From an uncultured bacterium (GTDB lineage: Bacteria > RBG-13-66-14): DNA of 64,000 nt. The stretch spans positions 13,766-77,765 of the forward strand of contig CAZOOP010000006.1 of the NCBI GenBank assembly GCA_964581465.1, read 5' to 3'. Shown here piece after piece: positions 47,318 through 57,539 of the stretch. The notes beneath the pieces are model-generated. The model searched no databases. It worked only from the letters and a program-made list of their open reading frames with translations, and was not told the DNA's origin. The position numbers were made by a program, and so were the translations under genes. Within the stretch, counting starts at the first letter, position 1. The number at the start of each line of letters is the position of its first letter.

Positions 47318-48523
47318 ATGACCGGTGGAGTGAGAACTCTCGCGGTGGCGCTGGTGGTCGCCGGCCTGCTGTTACCGGTCGCGGCCTTCGCCCAGACGGG
47401 AGAGGAATACCTCTATCCCTTGGTCGACCTGCCGCCGGCGCAGCCGATGAACGTCATCGCCGAGGATCAGCCCAACGATTCCGGCGAGCAGATCAACCTG
47501 AGCTGGACCCTTTCCATCGATGATCCGCGACGGGGCCGCGGTCGGGGCAATGTGGTCGCCTACCACATCCTGCGCAAACCCGCCGAGGTCGAGGGAGCGG
47601 AGTTCGTGCTCATCGATCAGGTTTTCGCCGGTATGGGGTGGTATTCCGACACCAACTGCGAGCCCGACACGGCCTACACCTACCGCATCGGCGCCAGCAA
47701 CGGGACTTCGATCCACTACTCCGATCCCACCGAGCCCGTCGTTTCGGCCTCGCACTTCTTCCACTCCCAGCGCTGGAACGCCCTGATCGGGGTTCTGCTG
47801 ATCTCGGGCCTGTTGGTCTACTTCATCTACAGCGCGCGCAAGGGCAAGGAGCTCTTCATCCGGCGCATCGCCGGACTGGACGCCGTGGAAGAGGCTCTGG
47901 GCCGCGCCACGGAGATGGGCAAGCCGATCCTCTACGTCTCCGGACTGTCATCGATGGCCGACGTGGCCACCATCGCTTCGGTCAACATCCTGGGACAGGT
48001 GGCCCGCAAGGCGGCGATCTACGAGATCCGTCTGATCGTCCCCTGCTACGATCCCATCGTGATGGCCGTGGAGCGCGAGGTTGTCAAGGAAGCCTACCTC
48101 GATGTGGGCCGTCCCGACGCCTACAACTCCAACGACATCTTCTTCGTCACCCAGTCCCAGTTCGCCTACGCCGCCGCCGTCAACGGCATCATGCTGCGCG
48201 AGCGTCCCGCCACCAACTTCTACATGGGGATGTTCTTCGCCGAGTCGCTGATCCTGGCCGAAACCGGCGCCTCCACCGGCGCGATCCAGATCGCCGGCAC
48301 CGACGCCGTCGTCCAGATCCCCTTCTTCATCACCGCCTGCGACTACTGCATCATGGGCGAGGAGCTTTACGCGGCCAGCGCCTATATGAGCCGCGAACCT
48401 CTTCTTTTGGGTGGCCTGAAGGGCCAGGACTGGGCCAAGTACATCGTCGGCGCCCTGATTCTCATCGGGGTGGTGACCAGCTTCTTCACCACCTGGTTCG
48501 CCGAGTTGTTCACCGTCGGCTAG
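47318..48523 (+). CDS. uncharacterised membrane protein A' (tandem paralogue of A)
   Basis: RBS AAAGGAG. It lies exactly 1340 nt from A with no indels between the two. Confidence 0.75.
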   Translation: MTGGVRTLAVALVVAGLLLPVAAFAQTGEEYLYPLVDLPPAQPMNVIAEDQPNDSGEQINLSWTLSIDDPRRGRGRGNVVAYHILRKPAEVEGAEFVLIDQVFAGMGWYSDTNCEPDTAYTYRIGASNGTSIHYSDPTEPVVSASHFFHSQRWNALIGVLLISGLLVYFIYSARKGKELFIRRIAGLDAVEEALGRATEMGKPILYVSGLSSMADVATIASVNILGQVARKAAIYEIRLIVPCYDPIVMAVEREVVKEAYLDVGRPDAYNSNDIFFVTQSQFAYAAAVNGIMLRERPATNFYMGMFFAESLILAETGASTGAIQIAGTDAVVQIPFFITACDYCIMGEELYAASAYMSREPLLLGGLKGQDWAKYIVGALILIGVVTSFFTTWFAELFTVG

Positions 48524-48618
48524 TGGTGCTGCAACCGTACTCCGCGTTCACACCGAACGCCTCGCCACCGGCTCCGATCCGATCTGCTGGGAGCCGTGCA
48601 GGAGAGAAGGAGAGTTAG

Positions 48619-49227
48619 ATGCGCAGGCAGATACCGCTTGTTATCGTCTTCGTTGTCGGTCTGTTCGGGGCACTGAGCTACTTCATCATGGAGCCGGTGA
48701 TCCAGGACCTGCGCGAGCAGATGCTCACCTGGCTGAGAATCATCGCGGCCTTCGCGCTGGGGCTGGGTATCGCCAGCTTCCTGCGCAACCACGGTCGCCG
48801 GATGACTCGCCAGGTGCCGGGATGGGGCTTCAACGTCGTCGCCATCCTGAGTTTTCTCTCGATGACCTTCATCGGTCTGGTCTGGGGAATCGAAGAGGGC
48901 ACGCTTTTCCGCGAGCTCTTCGATAACGCCCAGGTGCCGATGGAGGCCACCATGTTCAGCCTATTGGCCTTCTTTATCGCCTCGGCTTCGTTCCGCGCAT
49001 TCCGCGCCCGCTCCAAGGAGGCCACGCTGCTTTTGGCGGCGGCGGTCATCGTGATGCTGGGGCGCGTTTTGGATTTCGATTGGCTCTCGGGCATCACCGA
49101 GTGGATTCTCGAGGTACCCAACGGCGCCGCTCAGCGCGGCATCATCATCGGCGTCGGTCTGGGTATGATCGCCACCGCCCTACGCATCATTCTGGGTATC
49201 GAGCGTTCCTACCTGGGTGGTGAATGA
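48619..49227 (+). CDS. uncharacterised 6-TM membrane protein B
   Basis: RBS GGAGAGAAGGAGAG and six hydrophobic segments. Confidence 0.7.
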   Translation: MRRQIPLVIVFVVGLFGALSYFIMEPVIQDLREQMLTWLRIIAAFALGLGIASFLRNHGRRMTRQVPGWGFNVVAILSFLSMTFIGLVWGIEEGTLFRELFDNAQVPMEATMFSLLAFFIASASFRAFRARSKEATLLLAAAVIVMLGRVLDFDWLSGITEWILEVPNGAAQRGIIIGVGLGMIATALRIILGIERSYLGGE

Positions 49228-49240
49228 TCCCTAGAAGGAG

Positions 49241-50125
49241 ATGCTGATGAAGAAGTTGTTACAAAAGCTCCTGGTGCTCGACCGACGCTGGATATTCCTC
49301 GTCATCGGCTTGGTGGTGATCATCGCCCTGGTCGCGCCCTGCACCACCCCTATCGGGATCACCACGCCGGTCCAGTCGTTCTATGACATCATCGACAACG
49401 CCGAGAAGGACAAGCCGGTGCTGGTCTCCTTCGACCTGGGGCCCAGCACACTGCCCGAGCTCGAACCGATGCTGCGGGCCGTGGTCCGCCACGCCTTCCT
49501 TAACGATGTCAGTATCATTGCCACCGCCATGCTGATCCAAGCGCCGGGAATCGCCGAGCGCATCCTCGTCGAGGTCACCGAAGAACTCAACGCGGAGTTC
49601 GAGGATCAGGGCATCGATCGGCGCATCGAGATGGGCAAGGACTGGGTCTTCCTCGGTTTCCGCGCCGGCGTGGCCGCTGTCATGCTGGGCATCGACGAGG
49701 AGATCCGCAACGTCTACCCCACCGATTACTACGGCACCTACCTGGACGATGTCCCTATGATGCAAAACGTCCACAACTACTACGACATGAGCGCCGTGGT
49801 AACAGTCTCGGGAACCCAGATCCCTGAAAGCTGGGTCATGTACGCCGGCGGTCCCAGCGGTGTCCCCGTGCTGGTAGGCGTCACCGCCGTCATGGCGCCC
49901 AACTTTTACGCCTATCTGCAGACCGGCCAGATGGCCGGCATGCTGGGCGGGCTAAAGGGCGCCAGCGAGTACGAGCGCTTGATGGACTACGACGGCATGG
50001 CCACCAAGGGCATGATCGCCCAGCTCTGGGTCCACGTCACGATCGTCATCTTCATTCTCTTGGGTAACGTCGCTTACTTCGTCACCCGCAGCGGCAAAAA
50101 GAAGCGCCTGAGCGTGCAACGATAA
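49241..50125 (+). CDS. uncharacterised bitopic membrane protein C
   Basis: N- and C-terminal TM anchors. It shares LPELEPM, YAYLQTGQM.G.LGGLKGA.EYE with 51195..52073. ATG 49247 is an alternative start. Confidence 0.7.
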   Translation: MLMKKLLQKLLVLDRRWIFLVIGLVVIIALVAPCTTPIGITTPVQSFYDIIDNAEKDKPVLVSFDLGPSTLPELEPMLRAVVRHAFLNDVSIIATAMLIQAPGIAERILVEVTEELNAEFEDQGIDRRIEMGKDWVFLGFRAGVAAVMLGIDEEIRNVYPTDYYGTYLDDVPMMQNVHNYYDMSAVVTVSGTQIPESWVMYAGGPSGVPVLVGVTAVMAPNFYAYLQTGQMAGMLGGLKGASEYERLMDYDGMATKGMIAQLWVHVTIVIFILLGNVAYFVTRSGKKKRLSVQR

Positions 50126-50141
50126 GGAGAGGGGGGAAACC

Positions 50142-50936
50142 TTGGAATTAGCCACCGACATCTGGGTCTGGGTAGCCGCGATCCTGACGCTCTTCGTCTA
50201 CTCATTCCTCATCAAAGACAACCCTCTCTATAAGTTCGCCGAGCATGCCATGGGCGGCTTGGGTGTGGGTTATTGGACGGCGGTGCTGTTCTACAACGTC
50301 ATTATCCCCGACTTCTGGGAGCCGTTGACCATCGCCATTCGTAAACTGTCCATGACGCCCCATAACTTCGACGCCTTCATGGCCCGAGAGGGGTTCTCAC
50401 AGATGCCGCAGATCATGCAGGATTTCTCTCCCGGCGTTTCGATCCTGCTGCTGTTACTGCCGGCGATCATCGGCCTGCTACTCTTCACCCGTTACATTCC
50501 CAAAATCGCCTGGATCAGCCGCTTCTCCCTGGCCTTCTACCTGGGTGCGGCCTCCGGTATCGCCATCCCCAACACCTTCCAGACCCGCATCCTCGAACAG
50601 TTGCGCGGCACCATCGTTCAGGACGCGCCCGACGGATCGGTGGCTCCTCTGTTCTCCTTCGACGCCTGGCGCGATTTCTTCGCCGCGCCGGGAATCGAGA
50701 CCTTCTTCGACGCCATCTCCGGACCGCTGTTGATTCTGGGCGTGGTCTGCACCCTGTCTTACTTCTTCTTCTCTAAGGAGCACAAAGGCATTCTGGGCGG
50801 CATGGCGCGCATCGGTATCTGGTTCCTGATGATCGGCTTCGGCGCCAGCTTCGGCTATACGGTCATGGGCCGTGTCTCGCTGTTGATCGGCCGGGTCCAG
50901 TTCCTGCTGACCGACTGGCTGGGCGTAGCCGGTTAG
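50142..50936 (+). CDS. uncharacterised polytopic membrane protein D
   Basis: TTG start after AAGGAGAGGGGGG; about 7 hydrophobic segments. Confidence 0.65.
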   Translation: MELATDIWVWVAAILTLFVYSFLIKDNPLYKFAEHAMGGLGVGYWTAVLFYNVIIPDFWEPLTIAIRKLSMTPHNFDAFMAREGFSQMPQIMQDFSPGVSILLLLLPAIIGLLLFTRYIPKIAWISRFSLAFYLGAASGIAIPNTFQTRILEQLRGTIVQDAPDGSVAPLFSFDAWRDFFAAPGIETFFDAISGPLLILGVVCTLSYFFFSKEHKGILGGMARIGIWFLMIGFGASFGYTVMGRVSLLIGRVQFLLTDWLGVAG

Positions 50937-51194
50937 GCGAACCAAACGCCGCGCCGTGTCAGGTTTCACCTACCGCATTGTAACGGCGAAACGAGGGGTC
51001 GGCCGCGCGCCGACCCCTTAAACAAAGCATGCAAGAATGTCGGATGGGGCGATCCGGTGGGTTTTTCATGCCCCGATGAGTTACCAGTATACCCGCAAAC
51101 CGAGCGTCTTCGCCGATGAACAACCAACTACATTGATACGCCGCTGGACCTAGGCAATAGTGGCTCACACCTGAATGCCGTACCGGCCGTCGAG

Positions 51195-52073
51195 GTGCCC
51201 ATGGCGCAGAAAAACATCTTCGCCCGTTTTCTGGAGATGGACCGACGCTGGTTATTCTTGGCGTTGGCCGTGGTTGTCATCGTGGCGCTGCTACTTCCGC
51301 CGGCCATCGGCGTTCGGGTGACCTCGCCGGTGACCCGCTTCTTCGACGTCATCGACACCAGCGATCCAGACAAGCCTCTGCTGCTGGCCGTCGACACGCC
51401 ACCCTCGGGGCTGCCCGAACTGGAGCCGATGATCGTCGGCATCCTCAAGCACTGCTTCGACCGCGGCCAGCCGGTGATACTTATCTCTTTGCAGATGGAG
51501 GGCGTCTCCATCGCCGAGCGCTTGGTCGCCCAGGTACAGGACGAGTTCAACCGCCGCGCCGTCGAGGCCGGCGTGGAACGTCGCATCCGCATGGGCGAGG
51601 ATTGGGCCCTGCTGGGCTACCGGGCCGGCTTCAGCGCCGTGATCCTGGGCCTGGGCGACGAGGTGCGCAAGGTCTACACCACCGACCTCTACGGCACCCA
51701 ACTCGACGAGATACCCCTCTTCGCCGATTATCACAACTACGACGACACGGCCGCCGTCGTTGACATCTCCTGGTCCTCGACACCGGAGCTCTGGGTCCAG
51801 TTCGCCGGTGGGCCTTACGGCGTGCCTGTCCTGGTGGGCTGTACCGCCGTCAGCGCGCCCCAGTACTACGCCTATCTGCAGACCGGCCAGATGTCAGGCC
51901 TGCTGGGCGGCCTCAAGGGAGCCGCCGAGTACGAGAAGCTGATCAGCCATCCCGGACTGGCCACCCGGGGCATGGTGGCCCAGACCGGCGCCCACTTGCT
52001 GGTGGTCCTGCTGATCGTACTGGGCAACGTGGCCTACTTCCTCGATCGGATGACCAGGAAACGGCGCAAGTGA
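51195..52073 (+). CDS. uncharacterised bitopic membrane protein C' (paralogue of C)
   Basis: About 45-50% identical to C by eye. Start is GTG 51195 or ATG 51201. Confidence 0.7.
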   Translation: MPMAQKNIFARFLEMDRRWLFLALAVVVIVALLLPPAIGVRVTSPVTRFFDVIDTSDPDKPLLLAVDTPPSGLPELEPMIVGILKHCFDRGQPVILISLQMEGVSIAERLVAQVQDEFNRRAVEAGVERRIRMGEDWALLGYRAGFSAVILGLGDEVRKVYTTDLYGTQLDEIPLFADYHNYDDTAAVVDISWSSTPELWVQFAGGPYGVPVLVGCTAVSAPQYYAYLQTGQMSGLLGGLKGAAEYEKLISHPGLATRGMVAQTGAHLLVVLLIVLGNVAYFLDRMTRKRRK

Positions 52074-52506
52074 GTCGGGGCGATCATCTCGACCAGAAAA
52101 CCGCCTTTCCGACCAGCGCATTCGATGCACCGGGACGTCGAACACGACTCGGACCCCACGCAGGCGATGATTAATCCCTTGCCCTTTCCCGCGTCCTGTG
52201 CTAACCTTCACTCCCGTTACAGCTTGATCTCTTGATCGGACTTGCTGGATCCGTGGCAAGCGACCCCTGCGGCGCCCGGATTCGGCCCAACCGCTTGTGA
52301 GGTTCCGCCGACCGGACGACGGCTCCGCGATCAGGCAGCCGCCCTCCTGAAACGGTTGGACTCCCGCGCGGAACACGTCAGGGGCGCACAGCCGGATGTT
52401 GAAGCGGATCGGGTCCCCCGCCCGGGACTCACCGCAGCGCACACGGCCGGCCCCACGGCCGTTTTCTATTGCCCTGCGGCACCTCCGCGACAGCGAACAA
52501 ACCAAG

Positions 52507-52959
52507 ATGTGGACAAAAACCCTCTCGATTTCACTGGTCCCGATGCTCCTGCTCTGCGCCGGTTGCGCCGAGCCCGAGCGCCACGAAGCCGTCGGCGAGC
52601 TCTATAAGCTGGGGGTGACCGCCTGGGAGAACGGCGACACCGCCGACCTCGAAAAAGCGATCACCGAGCTGGAGGAAACCTACCCCGAAGAGCCCGTGCT
52701 GCGTTTCCTCGAAGCCCTGCTGATCCTGGAGCGCGAGGGGTTGGACAGCGCCGTTCCCGTCTTCGACGCCTTCTACCACCAGGCCTATGAGCGCTACGTC
52801 AGCGGCTATGAACAACTCGAAGCCGAGCAGCGTCGTTGCCTGGCGACCACCCGCGGCGCGGCGGTGCGCACGGCCAATCTATACGTCAAGCACTCCCGCT
52901 ACAGCGAGTACGAGAAGTTCGGCTTCCTGGTCGAGGACCTGGACACCCTGCTGCGCTAG
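52507..52959 (+). CDS. lipoprotein, helical-repeat-like, unknown function
   Basis: MWTKTLSISLVPMLLLCAGC contains a lipobox. Confidence 0.55.
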   Translation: MWTKTLSISLVPMLLLCAGCAEPERHEAVGELYKLGVTAWENGDTADLEKAITELEETYPEEPVLRFLEALLILEREGLDSAVPVFDAFYHQAYERYVSGYEQLEAEQRRCLATTRGAAVRTANLYVKHSRYSEYEKFGFLVEDLDTLLR

Positions 52960-53492
52960 GTGTTCCAGCAGTGGTATGACGGCGCCGGGCGGAATCAGCG
53001 CCTGAAGCCGATTCGCCGCGAACCGCCGCCGGGGCGTGTTGAGCCGCCCTGATGAACCGGGACTCGTCACAGACGAGCGGACCGCCGTCGATGGCTTGGA
53101 GAACCACCCGAGGAGCGGGACTTAGCGCACTCTCCCGATCGCTTCGGGGTACGGCCGAAAACCAACTTCACCACTAACGGCCCAGAATACCGACGACGAC
53201 TAGAACGATAGTAAACGGGGCTTTCGCTCGCAGCTGGATCGATATCTTTGTATCCGCGTACAGCTTGTCTTGCTGATAGCTTCAGCCGACAACGCACCTG
53301 GCTGTAACTAGAACCAAACCAAGCCACAACCTGCATTTAATGAAGCCTTCTTCAATTGAAGCCGCCAAACCAATCGGCGGGACGGTCGCCCTACAGCTTT
53401 ATCCGGCACTAGCTTTATCCAGCAAAAGTGAAGCCGAGGTCTGACCACTTATCGAATGCCGGGTGTGACAGCATTTTGAGCGATGAGAACAT

Positions 53493-53812
53493 GGCATCAT
53501 GAGCGGTGTTCGGACCAAATCAGGCTGATTGGGAGCAGTTTACTGGACCGTTATTCACTTCCCGGAAATGCGCCGTTGTTTTATCAAACATTCATTTAGC
53601 ATACCCTTATAGCCTGTTATTATGACACTTAAGAGTCAATAGCATCCTGCTGTCAGATAAAAAGAGCGCTGATACCGGGATTAACTACAGATTGCGCCTT
53701 TAGTTCGCTGACACATATTGACTGCCCCTTTTGGGACAAGTATCTGATAATCATCACGTCTATTATCAAGAGCGTACAGTCACGATTAGGTCCGTTCAGG
53801 GTATACGATTCC
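53493..53812 (+). mobile_element. X-type MITE, uninterrupted reference copy
   Basis: GGCATCATGAGCGGTGTTCGGACC...GGTCCGTTCAGGGTATACGATTCC. It contains the unoccupied R3 insertion site CTGATAATCATCAC. Confidence 0.85.
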
Positions 53813-54019
53813 ATCATCTTGGTATCGCCAGTTGTGACGACACCTGCTTTTATCAGATAGCTATCAACCATTACTGATCCAGTCGGCTTCGCCGACTCTT
53901 CAACCAACCAGCAGAGAGCGTCACCCGCCCACGGGCGACCTCCCCAACAACACCGAAACCCCGTTTACGTACCTTCGCGCGAATCGGCAACCTCGATTCG
54001 CCCCCTCCCGGAGGCTCCC

Positions 54020-54289
54020 GTGCCGTTGACCAAACAGCAGAAGGAAGAGATCATCCAGAAGTACGGTCGCGACAAGAGCGACACCGGATCCAGTGAGGTC
54101 CAGGTGGCCCTCTTGACCGCCCGCATCATTGAGCTCACCGAGCACTTCAAGGTGCATAAGAAAGACCACCACGGTCGCCGCGGCCTGTTGAAGCTGGTCT
54201 CCAAGCGCCGCCGACTGCTCAACTACCTCAAGAACAACGCCGAGGAACGCTACCGCAACCTTATTACCGAACTCGGCCTGCGCAAATAA
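54020..54289 (+). CDS. rpsO: 30S ribosomal protein S15
   Basis: GTG start; [36 protein letters not shown]...HKKDHH.RRGLL. Confidence 0.95.
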   Translation: MPLTKQQKEEIIQKYGRDKSDTGSSEVQVALLTARIIELTEHFKVHKKDHHGRRGLLKLVSKRRRLLNYLKNNAEERYRNLITELGLRK

Positions 54290-54423
54290 CTGACAGTCTA
54301 AGCCCGCTCGAACTAGTCCAGAAATCCCGGGCGGGTCGGGGCGCGCCGAACAAGACAGGAACGCTCTCGGCGCCGCAAAGCCCCCATGTGCAAGAGGAAA
54401 GGCAAGAAAGGAATCCCTGTAAG

Positions 54424-56610
54424 ATGCAGATAAGAAAAGAGATCCCGGTCGGGAAGCAGAACCTCGTTCTCGAGACCGGCAAGATCGCCAAGCAAGCCGG
54501 CGGAGCCGTGATGGCCTCCTACGGCGATTCGGTCGTCCTGGCCACCGCCTGTATCGACCGCCGCGAGAAAACCAACCTGGGCTTCATACCCCTGATCGTC
54601 GACTACCGCCAGCGAACCAGCGCCGCGGGCAAGATCCCCGGCGGCTTCTTCAAGCGCGAGGGCCGGCCCTCCACCGTCGAGACCATCACCAGCCGGCTCA
54701 TCGACCGCTCTGTGCGGCCCCAGCTACCCAAGGGCATCAACCGCGAGGTTCAGATCATCGGCACCGCCTTCTCCGCCGATCCCCTCTACAACGTCGACGT
54801 CGTCGCCATGAACGGCGCCTTCGCCGCCCTGGCCATCTCCAGCATCCCCCACGAGCACATCCTGGGCGCGGTGCGCATCGGACGCGTCGACGGCGAGTTC
54901 ATCATCAATCCCAACAACGACCAGCTCGAGGAGTCCGAGATGGACATCCTCGTCACCGGAGGCACCACCTCCCTGGTGATGGTCGAGGGCCTGGCCAATC
55001 AGGCCCCCGAGAACGTCATCGCCGAGGGTCTCGAACGCGCTCACGAAGAGATCATCACCATCGTGCGCGCCATCCGCGGGATCCAGGAGCACACCGGCCG
55101 CGAGAAAGAGGTCTTCCCCGAGCCCGAGCCCGATCTGGCCCTGGCCCACACTGTGCGCGAACTGGCCGGCGACCGCATCTACAAGGCCCTGACCACCACC
55201 GAGGGCAAGCACGAGCGTTACGCCGCCTTCGACGCCGTCCGCGACGATGTCATCGCCAAGCTCGAAGAGCAGCTTGCTGAGGAAGAAAACAAGGACGAGA
55301 TGCTGCGCGAGGCCAACCACGTGCTCCACGACATGGAGCGCGAGGTCGTTCGCGGGCGCGTCGTCAAAGAGAACATCCGCGTCGACGGCCGCGAGCTCGA
55401 AGAGGTCCGGCCGGTCAGCGTCGAAGTGCCCGTCATGCCGCGCACCCACGGCTCGGTCCTCTTCACCCGCGGCGAAACCCAGGCTCTGGTCACCGTCACC
55501 CTGGGCACCACCGCCGACGAACAGAAGATCGAGGACCTGCACTCCGAGTACTGGTCCCACTTCATCCTCCACTACAACTTCCCGCCCTACTCCGTGGGCG
55601 AGGTCCGCTTCCTGCGCGGCCCCGGTCGTCGCGAGATCGGCCACGGCGTGCTGGCTGAACGCGCCCTCACCGCCGTTTTACCCGACAAGGACGACTTCCC
55701 CTACACCATCCGCGTCGTCTCCGACATCACCGAGTCCAACGGCTCCTCCTCGATGGCCACCGTCTGCGGCGGCTCCCTGGCGATGATGGACGCCGGCGTG
55801 CCCCTCAAGGCCGCCGTGGCCGGCGTCGCCATGGGCCTTATCAAAGAGGGCGACGACTACCACATCCTCACCGACATCCTCGGCGACGAGGACCACGTCG
55901 GCGACATGGACTTCAAGGTCGCCGGCTCCCGCAACGGCGTCACCGCCATCCAGATGGACATCAAGCTCGACGGCCTGCCCACCGAGGTTCTCACCCGAGC
56001 CCTCGACCAGGCCCGCCGAGGACGCCTGCACATCCTCGACAAGATGGGCGCCGCCCTGGATTCCCACCGCCCCGAACTCTCCCCCTACGCCCCGCGAATC
56101 CAGACAATCGACATCCCCAAAGAAAAGATCCGCGACCTCATCGGACCCGGCGGCAAGGTCATCCGCGGCATCATCGACGAGACCGGCGTCTCCATCGATG
56201 TCGACGACGACGGCCATGTTGTCGTCGCCAGTCCGGACCTAGAAGCCATCGAGGCCGCCATGGCCCGCATCAACGCCATCATCGAGGACCCCGAGGTCGG
56301 CGAGGTCTACGACGGTAAGGTCACCCGCCTGATGAACTTCGGCGCCTTCGTCGAGATACTGCCCGGCAAGGAAGGCCTGGTCCACATCTCCGAGATGGCC
56401 TGGGGCCACACCGACAAGGTCGAAGACGTCTGCAAGGTCGGCGACCCCATGAAGGTCAAGCTCGTCGAGATCGACAGCCAGGGACGCCTCAACCTCTCCC
56501 GCAAGGCCCTGCTCGACAAGCCCGAGGGCTACGATGAAAGCAAGGAAAAAAGCCGCGGCGACAACCGTCGCTCCGGCGGAGGCGGCGGCGGTCGACGCCG
56601 TCGACGCTAA
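54424..56610 (+). CDS. pnp: polyribonucleotide nucleotidyltransferase (PNPase)
   Basis: Two RNase PH domains plus KH and S1 domains ([27 protein letters not shown]), then an R/G-rich tail. The ATG at 54424 was chosen. Confidence 0.95.
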   Translation: MQIRKEIPVGKQNLVLETGKIAKQAGGAVMASYGDSVVLATACIDRREKTNLGFIPLIVDYRQRTSAAGKIPGGFFKREGRPSTVETITSRLIDRSVRPQLPKGINREVQIIGTAFSADPLYNVDVVAMNGAFAALAISSIPHEHILGAVRIGRVDGEFIINPNNDQLEESEMDILVTGGTTSLVMVEGLANQAPENVIAEGLERAHEEIITIVRAIRGIQEHTGREKEVFPEPEPDLALAHTVRELAGDRIYKALTTTEGKHERYAAFDAVRDDVIAKLEEQLAEEENKDEMLREANHVLHDMEREVVRGRVVKENIRVDGRELEEVRPVSVEVPVMPRTHGSVLFTRGETQALVTVTLGTTADEQKIEDLHSEYWSHFILHYNFPPYSVGEVRFLRGPGRREIGHGVLAERALTAVLPDKDDFPYTIRVVSDITESNGSSSMATVCGGSLAMMDAGVPLKAAVAGVAMGLIKEGDDYHILTDILGDEDHVGDMDFKVAGSRNGVTAIQMDIKLDGLPTEVLTRALDQARRGRLHILDKMGAALDSHRPELSPYAPRIQTIDIPKEKIRDLIGPGGKVIRGIIDETGVSIDVDDDGHVVVASPDLEAIEAAMARINAIIEDPEVGEVYDGKVTRLMNFGAFVEILPGKEGLVHISEMAWGHTDKVEDVCKVGDPMKVKLVEIDSQGRLNLSRKALLDKPEGYDESKEKSRGDNRRSGGGGGGRRRRR

Positions 56611-56632
56611 ACGCCAGCGAAAGGAACCGGCC

Positions 56633-57133
56633 ATGAACAAGACCACCCTCATCCTCGCCGGCTCGCTGCTCCTGCTCTTCACTGCGGCCTGCGACGACGA
56701 ACCCGAAAGCATCGACGAGGGAGCCGCCTACTCCCTCGTCGAACCCACCCTTACCCAAGAAACCTATCAACCCGGGGACACCCTCGAGGTCGCCTACACC
56801 GTCGCCAACCCCGCCCTCGACACCGAAGGCAACTACGATATCTACGTCAACCTCGACGTCAACCTCGACGACGAACCCTACGACGCCTACCCCCAGATCG
56901 ATCACCGCAAGGACAGCGCCCAGCCCCTCGAACTCGCCCACACCGTCGAACTGACCCCCGAGGTCTACCTGCCCGGTGCTTATGTCCTCAAGCTCACCGT
57001 CACCAACCGCGTCGACGGCGAGAACGAAACCCTCGAGACCGAGCTGCCCTTCACCGTCGAAGGCCCCGCCACCCCAGAGGCCGCCGCCACCGACCCCGGT
57101 GAGCTGCCCCAGGAAGAGGCCCTCACTCACTAA
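56633..57133 (+). CDS. lipoprotein, unknown function
   Basis: MNKTTLILAGSLLLLFTAAC contains a lipobox. Confidence 0.6.
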   Translation: MNKTTLILAGSLLLLFTAACDDEPESIDEGAAYSLVEPTLTQETYQPGDTLEVAYTVANPALDTEGNYDIYVNLDVNLDDEPYDAYPQIDHRKDSAQPLELAHTVELTPEVYLPGAYVLKLTVTNRVDGENETLETELPFTVEGPATPEAAATDPGELPQEEALTH

Positions 57134-57178
57134 CCCTTGACAATACCCCCGTTCCATGCTACTTTACCTCCACACCAA

Positions 57179-57351
<173 letters not shown>

Positions 57352-57539
57352 AGTCCCACCCTGACGGAACCCGGGGCGACGACGCCGACGTGGGGGCTAG
57401 TATTAGCCCCCACTTTATTTATAGCCCTGTAGGGCGGGGACTCTGTCCCCGCCGTTTGCTCGTCAACGCTAACCAAGCCCCTTCGGTATTCGCGGCGGAC
57501 CGCAGAGGGTTCATCCCCCGGGGCCGCCTTACGGCAAAG

